This document shows positions 23,420-37,922 of a DNA stretch of 64,000 nt, in pieces. Source of the stretch: Piromyces finnis finn (taxonomy: Eukaryota > Fungi > Neocallimastigomycota); contig MCFH01000002.1 in assembly GCA_002104945.1 (NCBI GenBank), positions 930,001-994,000 on the forward strand. Direction: 5' to 3'. The notes below the pieces were generated by a model. It did not search any database. It had not been told where the DNA came from and saw nothing but the letters and a program-made list of their open reading frames with translations. Made by a program: the position numbers and the translations under genes. Positions within the stretch are counted from its first letter, which is position 1. Every line of letters begins with the position of its first letter.

Positions 23420-24856
23420 ATGGCTAGTCAATTGCCTGATGGTTCAAAAATCAAACTTATTGCTACAGGTAAATTTATAAAGTATATAAAAGATAACTTT
23501 ATAATAATTATTAGTAATCGAGTATTTCAATAATTTTACGCCTATTGAAATAACATAATAATAAATAAGATAACAATTAATTATTATTTATAGAGATTCT
23601 ACATCACAAAAATTTAACATTTTAAAAATTCCCATTTCAATTAAAATAAAAACCTTTTTTTTTTTTTTTTAAAAATATTATTCATGCTCAATAGAACATA
23701 ATTATTTTTAAGTAATATTTTTAAAAAATGTTATTATTTCTTGTTTTTTTTTTTGTTTGTTACTATTAACATTATTATTATAATTTAAATTAATTTATTC
23801 CATACTATTATCCTTTTTATTTAATAAACATTAAAATTTATATATACACATTATCCTATCACACAAAAAGACCTTGACGGTACTTTATTAAATGATGAAG
23901 GACAAGTTTCTGAAAAAACCAAAGAGGTTGTTGGGAAAATATTGAAAAAATATCCCCATCTTCATTTTGTCATTGCTACAGGAAGGACAAGACAAGCCAC
24001 AATTTATGTTCGTGAAGCATTGAATATCATTAATAAACCAAATACCGAATCTATAACCAGTAATGGATGTGTAATCCATGATTCAAATAACAAAATTATT
24101 TATAAGAATACCCTTCCAAGTGAATATATTTTAAAGTTTCATGATTTAATGATAGCTAATCCTAAAGCACTTTATGGTTATACCTATGGTGATGGTTTTG
24201 TAGTTTTTGATGAAATATTTGCTAAAAAACTTCGTGAAATTATAAAAGAAAACGTAACAGTTATGGAAGAGGAAGAACATATAAACAAGGTAAAGTCTGG
24301 TGAAATGGCTGATATTAATAAAGTTAGTTATATGGGTTTCTTTGCAGGTCAAGGTAATTTGATGAAATATTATTTATTTATTGTACAATAATCAATGAAA
24401 TAAAAATATAAATCAAATATATTACTGATATATATTATGTAAAATATAAAAAAAAATTTTTTTTAAAGGATATAAAAGTATAAAAACTAATCTATTTCAA
24501 TAAATTATATCTATCTAGAAACTATGAAAAAATTAGAAAAACTTAAAGAGGAATACAATTTAGAAAAAGCACAATATGATTCTATTATTGTAGAATATAT
24601 GCCTCATGGAACAAATAAAGGTACCGGTTTAGCCCAATTAATTAAGAATTTAAATATTTCAAAAGATGAGGTCATTGCATTTGGAGATGGTGGTAATGAT
24701 ATTGAATTTTTACAAAATGCTGGTTGGCCAATTGCAATGGAAAATGCTCGTGATGTGTTAAAACCTTTTGCAAAATATATTGCAAAATCAAATTCTGAAG
24801 ATGGTGTTGCTGATATTTTAGAAAGAATATTTTTAAAAGATGAAATAACAAACTAA
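23420..24856 (+). CDS. Cof-type HAD-IIB hydrolase/phosphatase, copy 1; exons 23420-23468, 23871-24353, 24519-24856
   Basis: The spliced frame gives KLIATDLDGTLL (motif I), IATGR (II), NKGTGL (III) and FGDGGND (IV). GT-AG junctions keep the frame. The intron 2 donor could alternatively be at 24348. Confidence 0.92.
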
Positions 24857-25311
24857 AAAAAAAAATAGATAAAATGAAATAGGATTCATAAAATTTAATA
24901 GTTATATCTTTTACTAATAATATTTCTTTTTATTTATTTATTGATACAATTATTAAAATGTAATAACTTTAATTTTCTGTTATATATATATATATATATT
25001 TTAAATTATTAGTATTTTGATTTTAGTAATTTTTTTTACCTTTTAACTATTAATAGATATAAATTATGGATACCAAAATTTTAATAATTTACACAAAATA
25101 AATAATTTAAGCTGTGGCTGAAAATAAAAAGTCATATTTTAAAATTTAATAATTATAAAATAATAATAGAATTATAAAATAATAATTTTGAAATCTTTAA
25201 TTTCAAAAAAAAAAAAAAAAAGTAGAATAATTTTTCATAGAGTCAAACGAAATTAAAATACAATTAAATATTAAAGATAAATATATATTTATAAATAAAA
25301 TAAAGATAGCA

Positions 25312-26639
25312 ATGGAATTACCTGATAAATCAAAAATTAAACTAATTGCTACAGGTAAATTTGCAAAGATTTTTAAAGAAATTATTTTTTATTATTGTGT
25401 GTGTGTGTGTGTGTGTTTTTTTTTAATTTATTATACAATAAGAAAGTCTTTATCTTTCTGACAATGACAATAGAATATAAGCATTTCAACAGTTTATTTA
25501 AAAAAAAAAAAAAAAATTAAAATTTCATTTCTTTACATTTCGTATTTCAATTTAAAATTATATTTTAAATTATTTTGAAATAGTATTTTTTTTTTTCTCA
25601 ACTATATAATCCATTCTTATATATTATTCTCTTTTGCATAAAAATGATAAGACCTTGATGGTACTTTACTTGGCTCAAAAGGAAAACTAACTGAAAAAAC
25701 AAAAACAGTTATTAACAAAGTATTATTAAAATATCCTGACCTTCATTTTGTTATAGCAACAGGTAGGACCCAATTAGCCACAGCAAAAATACGTTATGAT
25801 TTAGGTATCAAAGGAAGACCATATACTGAATCTTTAAATGTAAATGGATGCGTTGCTTATGATTCTCAAGGCCATAGGTTATGGAGAAATGTTCTCCCAA
25901 CAGAATATATTATAAAATTTCATAATTTGTTAAAAAACTATCCTGATGCTGTATATCGGTATACCTTTGACAATACAATTTTAACATTTAGTAAAAAATG
26001 GGCAGAAAAAACACGTAAATTAATGCAAGAAAATGTGCTTGTGGAAGATAGAGAAGAGCATATAAGGACTATACTATCAGGCGGAGAATCTGACATTAAT
26101 AGAGTTAGTTTTGTCTATAAGGGATCTAACTGGAAAGGTAAATCATAAATTATGAGAAATAAGCTGTGAATAATAAAAAATAAAAATAATAATAAATAAT
26201 AGCAGGTTTAAGAAAAATATAATATTAAATTATGAATTTTTTTTTTTTTATGATTTATATTACAACTAACGTTGGTATAATTTTTAAATTTTTATTTTAA
26301 TATTTCCATCCTACAACAGAAATTTTAGAGCAACTGGAAACCCTTAGAATAGAGTATAATTTAGAAAGTACCCACCCTGCATCTAATATTATTGATTATA
26401 TGCCAAGTCAAACAAATAAAGGATCAAGTTTAATTCGACTACTTGAGAAATTAAATATTTCAAAAAATGAAGTAATTGCTTTTGGGGATGGTGGTAATGA
26501 TATAGAACTTTTACAAAATGTTGGATGGCCAATTGCGGTGGAAAATGCATGTGAAGATTTAAAATCATACGCAAAAATAATAACAAAATCCAATAGGGAG
26601 GATGGCGTAGCTTATATACTGGAACAAATTTTTTTATAA
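25312..26639 (+). CDS. Cof-type HAD-IIB hydrolase/phosphatase, copy 2; exons 25312-25354, 25652-26137, 26320-26639
   Basis: The spliced frame gives KLIATDLDGTLL, IATGR, NKGSSL and FGDGGND. Intron positions are the same as in copy 1. Confidence 0.92.
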
Positions 26640-27491
26640 ATGTAAATAATACTATTGAAAAATAATATAATTTAAAAATATATATAAAACCTGAGTTTTT
26701 TTTTTTTTTTATAAATATAATAATAATAAACCAACTCGTTATAAATAATTTCTCTATCACTTATTTATAGTATGAATAGCATAAATATATAGGTGAAGTC
26801 TTTTTTAAATCAATTTATCATTCTTTATCAATTATATTAATAAATTGTTTTGATGTTACACAATAATGACAGCAGTTTTTTTTTAAAATTTAAAAATATA
26901 AAATATAGAATAGATAAATATTATATATATAAAAATAAAAAAAAGTAATGTTGAAAAGGGATAGAGGAATTGGCTATTAATTTTTTGTTTTTTTTTCTTT
27001 ATTTTTGTTTTTAGTTCCTCACAGTCATTTATTAATAAATAATATATTACTATTATAAAAACAATAATGATTATATATATTTATTTATTTACATTAAAAG
27101 TATAGAGAATAATGAATAAAAATGTAAATATTTTTTATAGAAATACTATAGACATATATTATAAAACTCTATGTTTTCATATGTTTGTATATATATATAT
27201 TTATGTTTTTATTTATTATACCGCAGTAATAAAAAATGTATAGAAATAATAAAAAAAAAAAATCAATTATTATTATTATGGTATGGTAGAAGAAAAAACT
27301 ATTGGATCTATTTTGATTCTTTTTAATTAAAATCAATTATTATTTAATAGAGATGAATATAATTTTATAGCCATTAATATTCATATAATTTTAATTATTT
27401 TCCCTTTAATTAATTAAATATCTATTAAATTAATATTTTTATATAAAAGATTAAATTATAAATCACTAATACTTTTCTTAACTAGTTCATA

Positions 27492-27611
27492 ATAAATAAA
27501 TCAATCAATAAATAAGTAAATAAATAAGTAAATAAATAAATAAACAGGTAAATAAATAAATATACAAGTAAATAAATAAATAAGTAAATAAATAAATAAA
27601 TAAATAAATAA
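27492..27611. repeat. Degenerate (AAAT)n / AAGTAAAT microsatellite
   Basis: Direct reading. Confidence 0.8.
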
Positions 27612-30067
27612 AAAAGAATCACTTGTTTTTTTTTTTTAAATATTATATGATTAAAGTTTATTGTTATATATATTTTTAAAGGTATAAAAAGATTAACTTT
27701 TTATAATAGATCATAAGTAATTAATTAATAAAATAATTGTTAAATTAATTTCTACTATATAAACTCAATCAATATACAGTATTAATAGCAAAGGCGTATG
27801 CATAAATAAATAAATAATAAAAAAAAAGAAACATTATGAATGATAAAAAGTTAAATTGTAATCAGTAAATGGGAAAAGCTAAATAAATATAAAAAATGAA
27901 ATTGAAACTAAAAATCAAAAAGTTAACAATGATAAAATATAAAAAAAAGCTTATTACTATAAAATTATATCATTAATTAAAATAAATAAATTGGTGTTTT
28001 TTTAATTTCCTTGTCATTCTATCACAGTGCTTTATTTATTATATATTATATATGTGGTAAAGTAATCATAATATATATATGAAAGTAAATATTAAATCCT
28101 ATTCATTATTATTAATAATGACCATACTTTTTTAATTTAAATATCAATATTCATATATGTATATATATATTTATAATATTTATAATATTTATAAGTAGGT
28201 TTGTTTTTGGATTAATTAAAAAAGTTTTATATATATTACAATTAAATCATTTTATTTATATTCAATATTTTAATTTCATTAAAAAGAGACTTTTTTTATA
28301 TTAATTAAATTTAGAGTATTTTTTTTTTTTAAATATCTTTTAATAATAATAAAAAAAAAAAGTAATTAATCTACAATGATTAGAATGGTTAAATTTTATT
28401 TAATTATTATTATTATTATTATTATTCTTTAATTTTAATACAGATTTAATTAATTGTTTTGTATATATAAAGTATAATAATAGCCAATTAATTAATATAT
28501 AAAGCTTAAATAACATTGTTGAAAAAAGTAATTATCAAAAAAAGTGACAATAGAGATCAAGTATCATTCACACGAAGAAATGAATAACTAAAAATCATGA
28601 GAATTTATAGATTAATAATATTATTACTAATTTCTTATCTTTTAACTATTATTTTTATTTTTTCACTATAAATACTGCTTTTTTTTTTTTTCTTATTTTG
28701 AAAAGGATGCTTTTTATCGTTTTTCCCTTTTTTCCCTCTTCTCTTTCTTGATCCTAAAATCATTGTGGTTTAAAAATTTAAAAAAATTAGTGCTGATGAA
28801 CTTTAATTATTATTCTTTTTTTTTTACTTGGTAAATCAAATAAAAAAAGATGATTAATTAATATATTTTAATAATTCTATTACAATATATTATTAATTAA
28901 TTGTAATATATTAAAATATTGAAGGTTAATCATTGTATAGGTTTGTATATATTGTATATAGAATATATTCAATAACTTTATAAAATCAAATTAACTTTTA
29001 GTTTTAGGTAAATTAAATCATTAATGAATATTTCAATATATTTTCATTATATTTATAATATATTTATAATATATATTTTTTAATTATAAAGTCAATTAAT
29101 TTAAAATTAAAGTTTAAAGAAATAAAACGTCAAATTAAAAATAAAATAAAATAAAATAAAAATTAATATAAAATAAAATATAAATAAATGGTATTAAAAA
29201 AATCATCCCTCTATTTATTATGAATAGTATTTAGTAGGAATAGTAGGAATTCTAATTAATAAAAGAATAATAAAAATAAAATAAAAATATTTTATATATA
29301 AATAGAAAAAAAGTTTTTTTTTTTTTTTGTTTTTATAAAAGTAAATTCTTTTTTTTTTTTTTTAATTTTATATTTATTAATATTTTGTATATAGACCTTT
29401 TACTTTTTTTTTTTTTTAAAAGATATACTTTTCTCACTTTTAGTTAAACTATTATACTTTATTAAATTAAAATACAACATTTTTAAAATATAAACATTTC
29501 AACATAAATAGATAATTGTATATAAAATAAAATAAATTATATGCTATTAATAAATCGTTTAAACAAATATATTTGAAATTTTCAACAGTTACATTAATAC
29601 TTTATATATTCTATGTATTAATGTTTATCACAACGTTTATAAAATTGAAAAAAAATTGAACAAGTGCATCTTCATTATTTTGTGTTACTATATAATAAAA
29701 ATATAATAAAATAGAAAGTAATATAATTATAAAACGATATATACTTTTCTTATTTTGCTTTGTTTGTAAATATTATTATAAATTTTGTTGCTTAATACTA
29801 TTTGTTTATTGACAAATATTAAATAGTTTTCTTGTAGTATTTTATTATCTTTTTTTTTTTTTTTAATTCTATTTAAAAAATCTTTATATATTTCAATTAC
29901 TCATTATATAAAAGAAAAATTATAAAAGTAAGTTTTTTCTTAACAAAATTATATCTTATTTTTATACATATTAAAACTTATTAACCCCCCCCCCCTCTGT
30001 TTTATATTATATTATGTATATATAAAAAGAGTTATATCATTATCTTTTTATTTTTTTTAAAAAAAAA

Positions 30068-32531
30068 ATGGCTGGAAAAGGAAAATCAAAGAATCGGGCA
30101 CCAATGGTTTGTACTGTTTGCAAAACCACTACATCCCCATTATGGAGAAGAGGAGATAAGGGTGAAGTTTTATGTAATGCTGTAAGTTAATTTCATTTAT
30201 TTAGATATTGTGTTAATGTATTTTTTGAATTAATAATATATTTATTCATTATTTTTTATATATTTTTTTTATGATCTTATAAAAATATTTATATATTATC
30301 CATTTTATTAGTGTGGTCTATATCATAAGCATCACAAAAAACCAAGACCAATTGCTTTGGCTAATTCAAATAACTCAAGACCTATTCGTAGAGCTTCATT
30401 AAGTTCAGCTTCTAGATCTAGTCCTCCAAATTTTAATAGTATAAATAATATTTTGAATGCTTCATCAAATCAACAAAGATTACATTCAATATTTCCAAAC
30501 ATTCCAGGATTTAATCCATTTTTATATGCACCTGCTAATTTTTTGAAAAATCCTCCCATAATGACTCCTCCTTCTTCAAATTCATCATCTACTTCAACTA
30601 CTCCTTCTTCATTTCTCTCATCTTCTCTCCCAACTAATTCTACTGATTTTATGAAATCTTTTAAGAATAATACTGCTAAACCAATTTCATTTTCTAATTC
30701 AAGAAGAAAATCAACTTCTTCAATTCCTTCTACGCCTCTATCTTCTTCATACAATGCCTTATTAAATAGTACATCTTTAATGGACTATAAAAATAACAAT
30801 AATAATAATAACAGTGATAATAGTAATAATATTAATAATAATAATAATAATAATAATAGTAATAATAACAACAACAATAATAATACTATGAACAATAATT
30901 TCAATAATAATAATTTTAATAAGGATAATACTACTATTACTTCTAATAATAATTATAATAACAACGACGACAACAATAATAATAGCTATAACAATAATGA
31001 TAATTTCAATAATTTAAACTTTAATAACTTCAACAATAATAACATTTATAATAATAATAATAATAGCGTCAATTTCAATACTAATAATTTTGGAAACAAT
31101 AATAACTTCCAAAATAATAACAATTTTAACAATAATAATTTTATGAATAATAGTAATAACAATAATTTCAGTAACAACAACATCAGTAATAACACTAATA
31201 ACAACAATAATTTCAGTAACAACAACATCAGTAATAACACTAATAACAACAATAACAACAATAACAACAACAACAACGATAATAATAACAATAATAATTT
31301 TAATAATAATAGTGGAAACAATTCCCCAAATTTCAATAATTCATATAATAACAATATTAATGACATTAATAATTCCTTTAATTGCTATACTAACTGTGAA
31401 CATAATTCACCGAACAATTCAATTAATAATAATATACATGAAAATAGTAAATTCGAAAATAGTAACAGCAATTCTCTTAAAAGTAATATCTTTAATATGA
31501 ACAATAATAATTCTCACAACATCAACATGATAAATCATTCAAATTATAACAATAGCAACAATCGTTTTAATAATAACTTTAATAACATAAATAATAATAA
31601 CAATATGGATATGAATATGAATATGAATAACAGTGATGACAACAACAATAATAATAACAATAGAAATAATGATCATGATATGGATCAACAAATGGATATT
31701 ATTGAAAATAATATCAATAATGGTAGTGGTAATGCAGTTGAAAATAAAAATAACAAAGAATTCTTAATCCCTCCATCAACAAACAACGTAAATTCTAATT
31801 CAATGTCAAAATCTCTTCCAAATTATTGGAATCATAACTCACTTTCTTTTAAAAGTGATGAAACATCAAACAAAACTATCAAAAAAAATCAACAACAAAA
31901 TATACAAGATTTGAATGATAACGCTATTTCAAATGAGGATTCACTTATGACTAATGTTAATAATAATACTAATAATAATACAAATAATAATAATAATAAT
32001 AATAACAACAACAACAACAACAACAATAATAATAATAATAATTTTGATAATAATATTAACAATAATAATCGTCATTCATTATCTAATCCTCCTCCTCAAT
32101 CTAATATTACAAAATCTATTAAAAATAGTAAACAATCATCAAATTTTGTTCCAATACAACCAAATACATTATCTAACAAAAATAATAATTTATCTTATTC
32201 ATCTATGATGCCATCAATACCTCATTCGATAGCAAGTAGTTTATCACCTTCATTTGTAAATACCTCAGCAATTATTGAAAATGGAAAGAAATCAAATATA
32301 AATAATAACGAGGAAGATAATCAAAATTCTTTTTCCACTGAAATTTCTAATGTTACATCCTCTTTTGCCGCTTCTTCAATTACTCCAAAAAATGAATTTA
32401 ATAATAGTCATCCTATTTCCATAAAGAAAGAATATAATAATCGTTCTTTCCAACAAAAGCTTTATGATATTAATGATATTGAAGTGGCACAACTCTTGAT
32501 TAAATTAAGAAATTATGATCAAGTATGTTAA
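30068..32531 (+). CDS. GATA zinc-finger transcription factor with poly-Asn region; exons 30068-30181, 30312-32531
   Basis: Splicing (GTAAGT...TAG) joins CTVC-KTTTSPLWRRGDKGEVL-CNA to CGLYHKHHKKPRP, giving a C-X2-C-X17-C-X2-C GATA finger. The ORF track missed the finger. Confidence 0.93.
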
Positions 32532-34027
32532 TTGGATACATCAGAAAACTTTATTTTTTATTTTTGGTATAAAGATACATAGATTACATACTTTTTAAAT
32601 AATTTATATCTATATCTGCAAGATATAAATTTTTTATATTATATATATAGTTTATAACATTACTTTAAAAAAATATAGATTAATTTATAATTCTAAAAAA
32701 AAAAAAAATTAATTTTTTTAACTTTTGTATTATATTTTATTATTGTTATTACAATTATTATTTTTAATATACTATTAATGTCAATATAACAATTTTTTTT
32801 TTTTTTTATTATAAAAAGAAAAAAAAAATAATTATTATTCTATTTAATATTTATTTTTTTTTTAAAAGTTATAATAAATATTATTATCATATCATATATA
32901 TTAACTCAATTTTGTTTTAAAACATTTTTTTTTGTACATTTTTTTGTTAATAATATAATTGAAATGCGAAATAGCCTGATAAAAAAAAAAAAAAAAAAAA
33001 GAAAGAAAATTTTTTATATCTATTGTAAAAAAATATTTTTAATATATTTTGCTTTATCATCATATTATAGTATAATAATAAATAATAAAACAATAAAAAT
33101 GTTATTTCCTAAAACACTTTTGTTTCATATTTAATAAATTGAATTCTTTAAATAATAATTATTTATCTGAAAATTTATTTTGCATTATGTTTCCGTTATA
33201 TGTAAACTATGAAAAAATATAATATATAATAGGAATAAAGAAAAAGGTGTCCAATAATTTTAAAATGGATTTTATAGTTTTATTGATATACCATTTATAT
33301 TAAATAGTAGGATGGTTATTTTACAAGAAAGAAAGAAAAGAAAATAAAAGAAAAGAAAAGAAAAAAAAAAAAAATTTTTTTTTTTATACTTAAATTATGG
33401 TAATATTATCAAAATTGGTTTGTTTTAAAAGTAATTACTATTATTTTAATGATATTTCAATGAATAATATATTTATTTTTATAAAAAAAGATAAATTTTA
33501 ATAATAAAAAATATAAATATAATAATACTAAAAAACTTTTTTAAACTTAAAAAAAAAAAATGTTTTTGTTGATTTATTAAATAATACGGATAACAATAAT
33601 AATTAAAAAAAAAAAAAGAAAAGAAAATAATGAAAATAAAAGATATATATAAAAATTAAAAAAAAAAGAAAATAAAACTAATGAATTTTAATAGATATTA
33701 TTTTAATTTATCAGTCATAATAAAATTCCTTACTTATATAGTATTTTTATTGATAATCTCACCATTACTTTTACTGTTATTATTATTAATTTAATTTTAT
33801 TGCCATTATTGATTTATAACAATAACTATCATTAGCATCGTAATTATAATAACATTAATAATAAAAATGATAATAATAATTATAATTATTTCTATATTTT
33901 TAAGGCTAAAAAAGTATGATGATGATGATGATGATGATTACCTTTGACTATTTATTATTAATGTAATAATAAATTAATTTTTTTTTTTTTTATAAAAATA
34001 GATATATAATTATTTAATATTTCATTT

Positions 34028-36236
34028 TTATTTTTTGCTTTTCTTTTCCATTTTTTCCAATTGTTCAGCAGCAATAATATCCTTAAATGGTAACCATCCA
34101 ATATCTATCCACCAGTCATATAATTTAGCAGTCTTTTTTTTTTTTTAGTTTTTAGTTTTAATTTTTATATTTTTAATTATAATTAATAATAGTATTTTTT
34201 TTATTTTATTTTTTTTAAAAAAAAAGTTAATACCATTTATTTTATTTTTTTTTTTAATTAAAAATCAATCAATAAAAAATAATGTATATAAAATTAGTTG
34301 AATAAAAACTTAAAAAAGAGAATTGTTACTCTAGATTTACCTTATTAACATCAATTCCACGGCACCATTTTTTTGCATCCTTTTTTAAATAGTATCCATT
34401 TTTTTTATATCCTTTTATTAAAATATCTCTTACTCTTAGATATTGAGAAGGTAATATTCTTAATAATGAACAAGTTTGAATTTCTTCCTTGTTTAATAAA
34501 TCATATAATGGGGCATCTTGTGGTATTTCTAATGGAACTCCCTCTACAAAAAAACGGGTGTAATGTTTAAAAAAAAAATTTTTTTTATAAAAAGAATAAA
34601 AATAACTCGATTAGCATATATTAAATAATTAAAATAATTGTAATTTCATAATAATAATAATAATAATAATAATATATATATATATATATTATATTTAAAA
34701 ATAATATTATAAAGAAGATTAATTTTACTTTTCCAAATAATAGGTGGTGGAGGATTAATATATTTCAATTTTTTATATGTTTCTGAATCATCAGGGAAAT
34801 CAGATTTTGATCCAATAGTACCATCGGTTTGACGTATTTTAGAGGATTTCTTTGGGTTTTGAGAATGTGAATCATGGTTGTATGAATTACGAATAACACG
34901 TGAGAGTGGATATGTTTTCGGTGTTGGACTATTTAATCTTGGTTTTGAATAGGCATAATTTGAACAAAGAGAAGATTGACTATTTGAATGAGGAAGACTA
35001 TAATGTTTATGACGTCTAGATGTCACTAATTTTAATGGTGCTTCCAGGGATATATGTTCTGCATCTTTTGGTGTATTTACTAATATAGATGGTTTAGTTT
35101 TCATTATGGGGTATATTTCAATTTTTACGATACCTTTTATACATTTTTCGGCTTCGCTAATATATTGTGAAGTATCAATAGAACGTACAGGATTTGATGA
35201 TTTTCTTTTTTTATGAATCTTTTTTTCAGGTTTCCATTTTCTATATATAGTATTTCTGGTGGCAGATGATGAATATTGATTACTATTGATAGTAGTTAGC
35301 TTGTTATCATTTTTACTTTCATTAATTTGTTCCTTTTCAGAAGGTTCAATTATCATTTCTTGATTATTATCATTGTCTTTATTATTTATCATATCTATTT
35401 CCATTTTATTGTTGTTATTTATGTCAGTAGGATTATCAAGTTTTTCATTACCAGTTATATTGTTTTTATTACTGTCTATTACATCTATTGAAGTAGTTGT
35501 AGTTGCACTACTTTGATTTTTACAGTTTGTGGTATCAATCAATGTATCTATAGGTGTATTGTCTTGATTCTTATTTATATTTATTTGAGAATTATTATTA
35601 TTATTATTTTCTGGTATTTTGTTATTTTCCTGTTTATTCATTGTGTTATTAGTATTTGAGTTATTTGAAAAATTATTTATTATATCTGAAGAACTTTTTG
35701 TATTGGTTATATTTTCTTTATCAAAATTGCCATATGATTTAGATTCTATGTTAGAAAATAGATTTTTTGCATGTGAAAGTAAAAGCGGTGGGTGATTTGA
35801 AATTGATTTTTCATTTTGGTTTAATGGAGGTGATACATTAGGTGTATTATAAATAGCTTTCTTATCAGAAGAATTAATATCCTCTTGTACTTTTTATAAT
35901 ATATATAAGAAGAAATGCATTTTTTTTTTATTTTTTTTTTTAAAAAAAAATAAAATAAATAATAAAAAATTAATAATTTAAAATATTAAAATGGTTTTTC
36001 TATATCATTTCATTATTATTTCAACAATAAATTCTAATAAATTTACTTTTCTTTGGTTCAAAAGATTTCATTAAATTCGAAGTTAGAGATTTATTAATAT
36101 CAGTTAGAACATTATTTTCAATATATTGTTTAGGAGTTATATTTGGAGTATTTAAAAAATTGGTCTTTTTATCATTATTTGGTAATATTTCTTTTTTAGT
36201 ATGTGTGGGTGAAGAAGAAGGTGTTGTGGAATTCAT
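34028..36236 (-). CDS. C-terminal SWIRM-domain protein (Fun19/Laf1/Ada2-type SWIRM); exons 36236-36047, 35889-34729, 34543-34341, 34132-34028
   Basis: The spliced ORF is 1659 nt and in frame. The C-terminus WKKGVPLEIPQDAPLYDLLNKEEIQTCSLLRILPSQYL...IDVNKTAKLYDWWIDIGWL is SWIRM-like; the N-terminus is low complexity. Confidence 0.85.
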
Positions 36237-37922
36237 ATTTATTATACTTTATTATTGAATTCTATTTACTACTTCTATAGCAAAAAAAAAAAAATTTTTT
36301 TAACCTATTTTTAAAAATTTTTTTTTACTCTTTCTTTTTTCTTACTTTAAAATTTATATTTTTATTACATTAAAATATAATGGTAAAAAAAAAGAAATAA
36401 ATAAAATATTGAATACAAATAAATTGGTTTATTTAATTTTATTTAATTCATTGTTTAATTGTAAAAATTTAAAAAAAAAAAAAAGAAAAATTATTCATAA
36501 TGAATATATTATTTCTTTAATAAATTTTTAACTTGAAAAAATTTTTTTTATTAACAATGAATTTTTGTTTAAAAAAAAAAAGTGAAATTTTCTCTTTTAT
36601 ATAAAAAATTTAATTTTCAAAATTTAATATTAATTTTTGATTTTGATTTTGATTTTTTTTGAAAAAAAAAAAAAAAATAAAAAAACAAAAACCAAAAATA
36701 TATAAATATATAAAAAAGTTGATGATAATGAAAAAAAAAATAGTTTAATGAAATTAGTTTTTTTTTTTTATTATATGACATATATTTTTATATATTATGA
36801 TGAGCTTTTAGTTATGTGTTAATTTGAATTGAAATACCTTTTTTTCCCCTATATGTTTTGTATTTTTTTTTTTTGTGTTTTTTCTTTTGTAATTTTTTTT
36901 TTTATTTTAATTCTATTAAATAAAGCATTAACATATTTTAAGAATAAAAATAATAAAACAAAAGTTAAAAATAAAAAAAAAGTTTATATACTATATAATT
37001 ATATAATATAATGATTTTTAAATATTTTGGATTTAATCTTGACTAATAATAAGCTTCTATTTAAATTATAATTTCTATCAAATTAACTATTTATATAATA
37101 TTAATATTATTATCAAATAACATAAAAAAAAAAAAAAACTATACTTTCTATAAATAATCTAAAAAAATAGGTTTAATGCATAATTATTATCTAATTGTTA
37201 ATATTATTACTACTAGTTAATAGAGAATTTTGTTATAAATGAAAATCTATGATATAATATATAATAGTACTATTAATTGTGATTTAATAAAATGTGTTAG
37301 TATTGATTATCATGATTTTATATTGATTTTATGCTATATGCAGCTATTTTTTCTTCCTTATTAAAGGATTATGTGTGATAATAACTCTGGTTATGATATT
37401 TTTTATAATTTCTTTATATTTTTAGTTTTTCTTTTTTTTTTTTTTTTTTTTTTAAAAAAAATTAGTATTCTAATATTTTTTCTTTTTTCTTTTTGTAAAA
37501 TATTTCATCCCTTCTATTATTAATAGAAGAAAAAGTATAAAAAAAAGGAATAAAATATATCCCTTTTTAATAATAATAATAATAATAAGAATAAGAATAA
37601 TAATAATAAGAAGAAGAAGAATAAAAAACTATATTGAAAATATAATTGCTTTTTCTATATAAATAAAATAATAATTAAAATGTTTTAAAGGTTGATTTTT
37701 ATTATAGTAAATAATACTTCTTATGACAATATAGCTAATACTCTTATTTAAATATTTAATAAATTATTTTTTTTTGTTACTCAAAAGTATGAATAAAAAA
37801 AAAAAGTGTTCAAATATTATATTATTATCATAATTTACCTTTATAATACAAAGATAAATATCCAAAGTGTTTAAAAAAGAATAGGAAATAATTAAAGATG
37901 AATCTTAAAAACAAATATAATG

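Noticed and set aside
10518-27611. Oppositely oriented (TATT)n and (AAAT)n arrays flanking the CPBP/HAD island as element ends
   Set aside because: Such microsatellites are expected in this AT-rich DNA, and there is no flanking homology or TSD.
30785-32070. Poly-Asn tracts and a 45-bp duplication (NNNNNFSNNNISNNT x2) in the GATA gene as a repeat array or CRISPR
   Set aside because: These are in-frame low-complexity coding repeats with no repeat-spacer structure.
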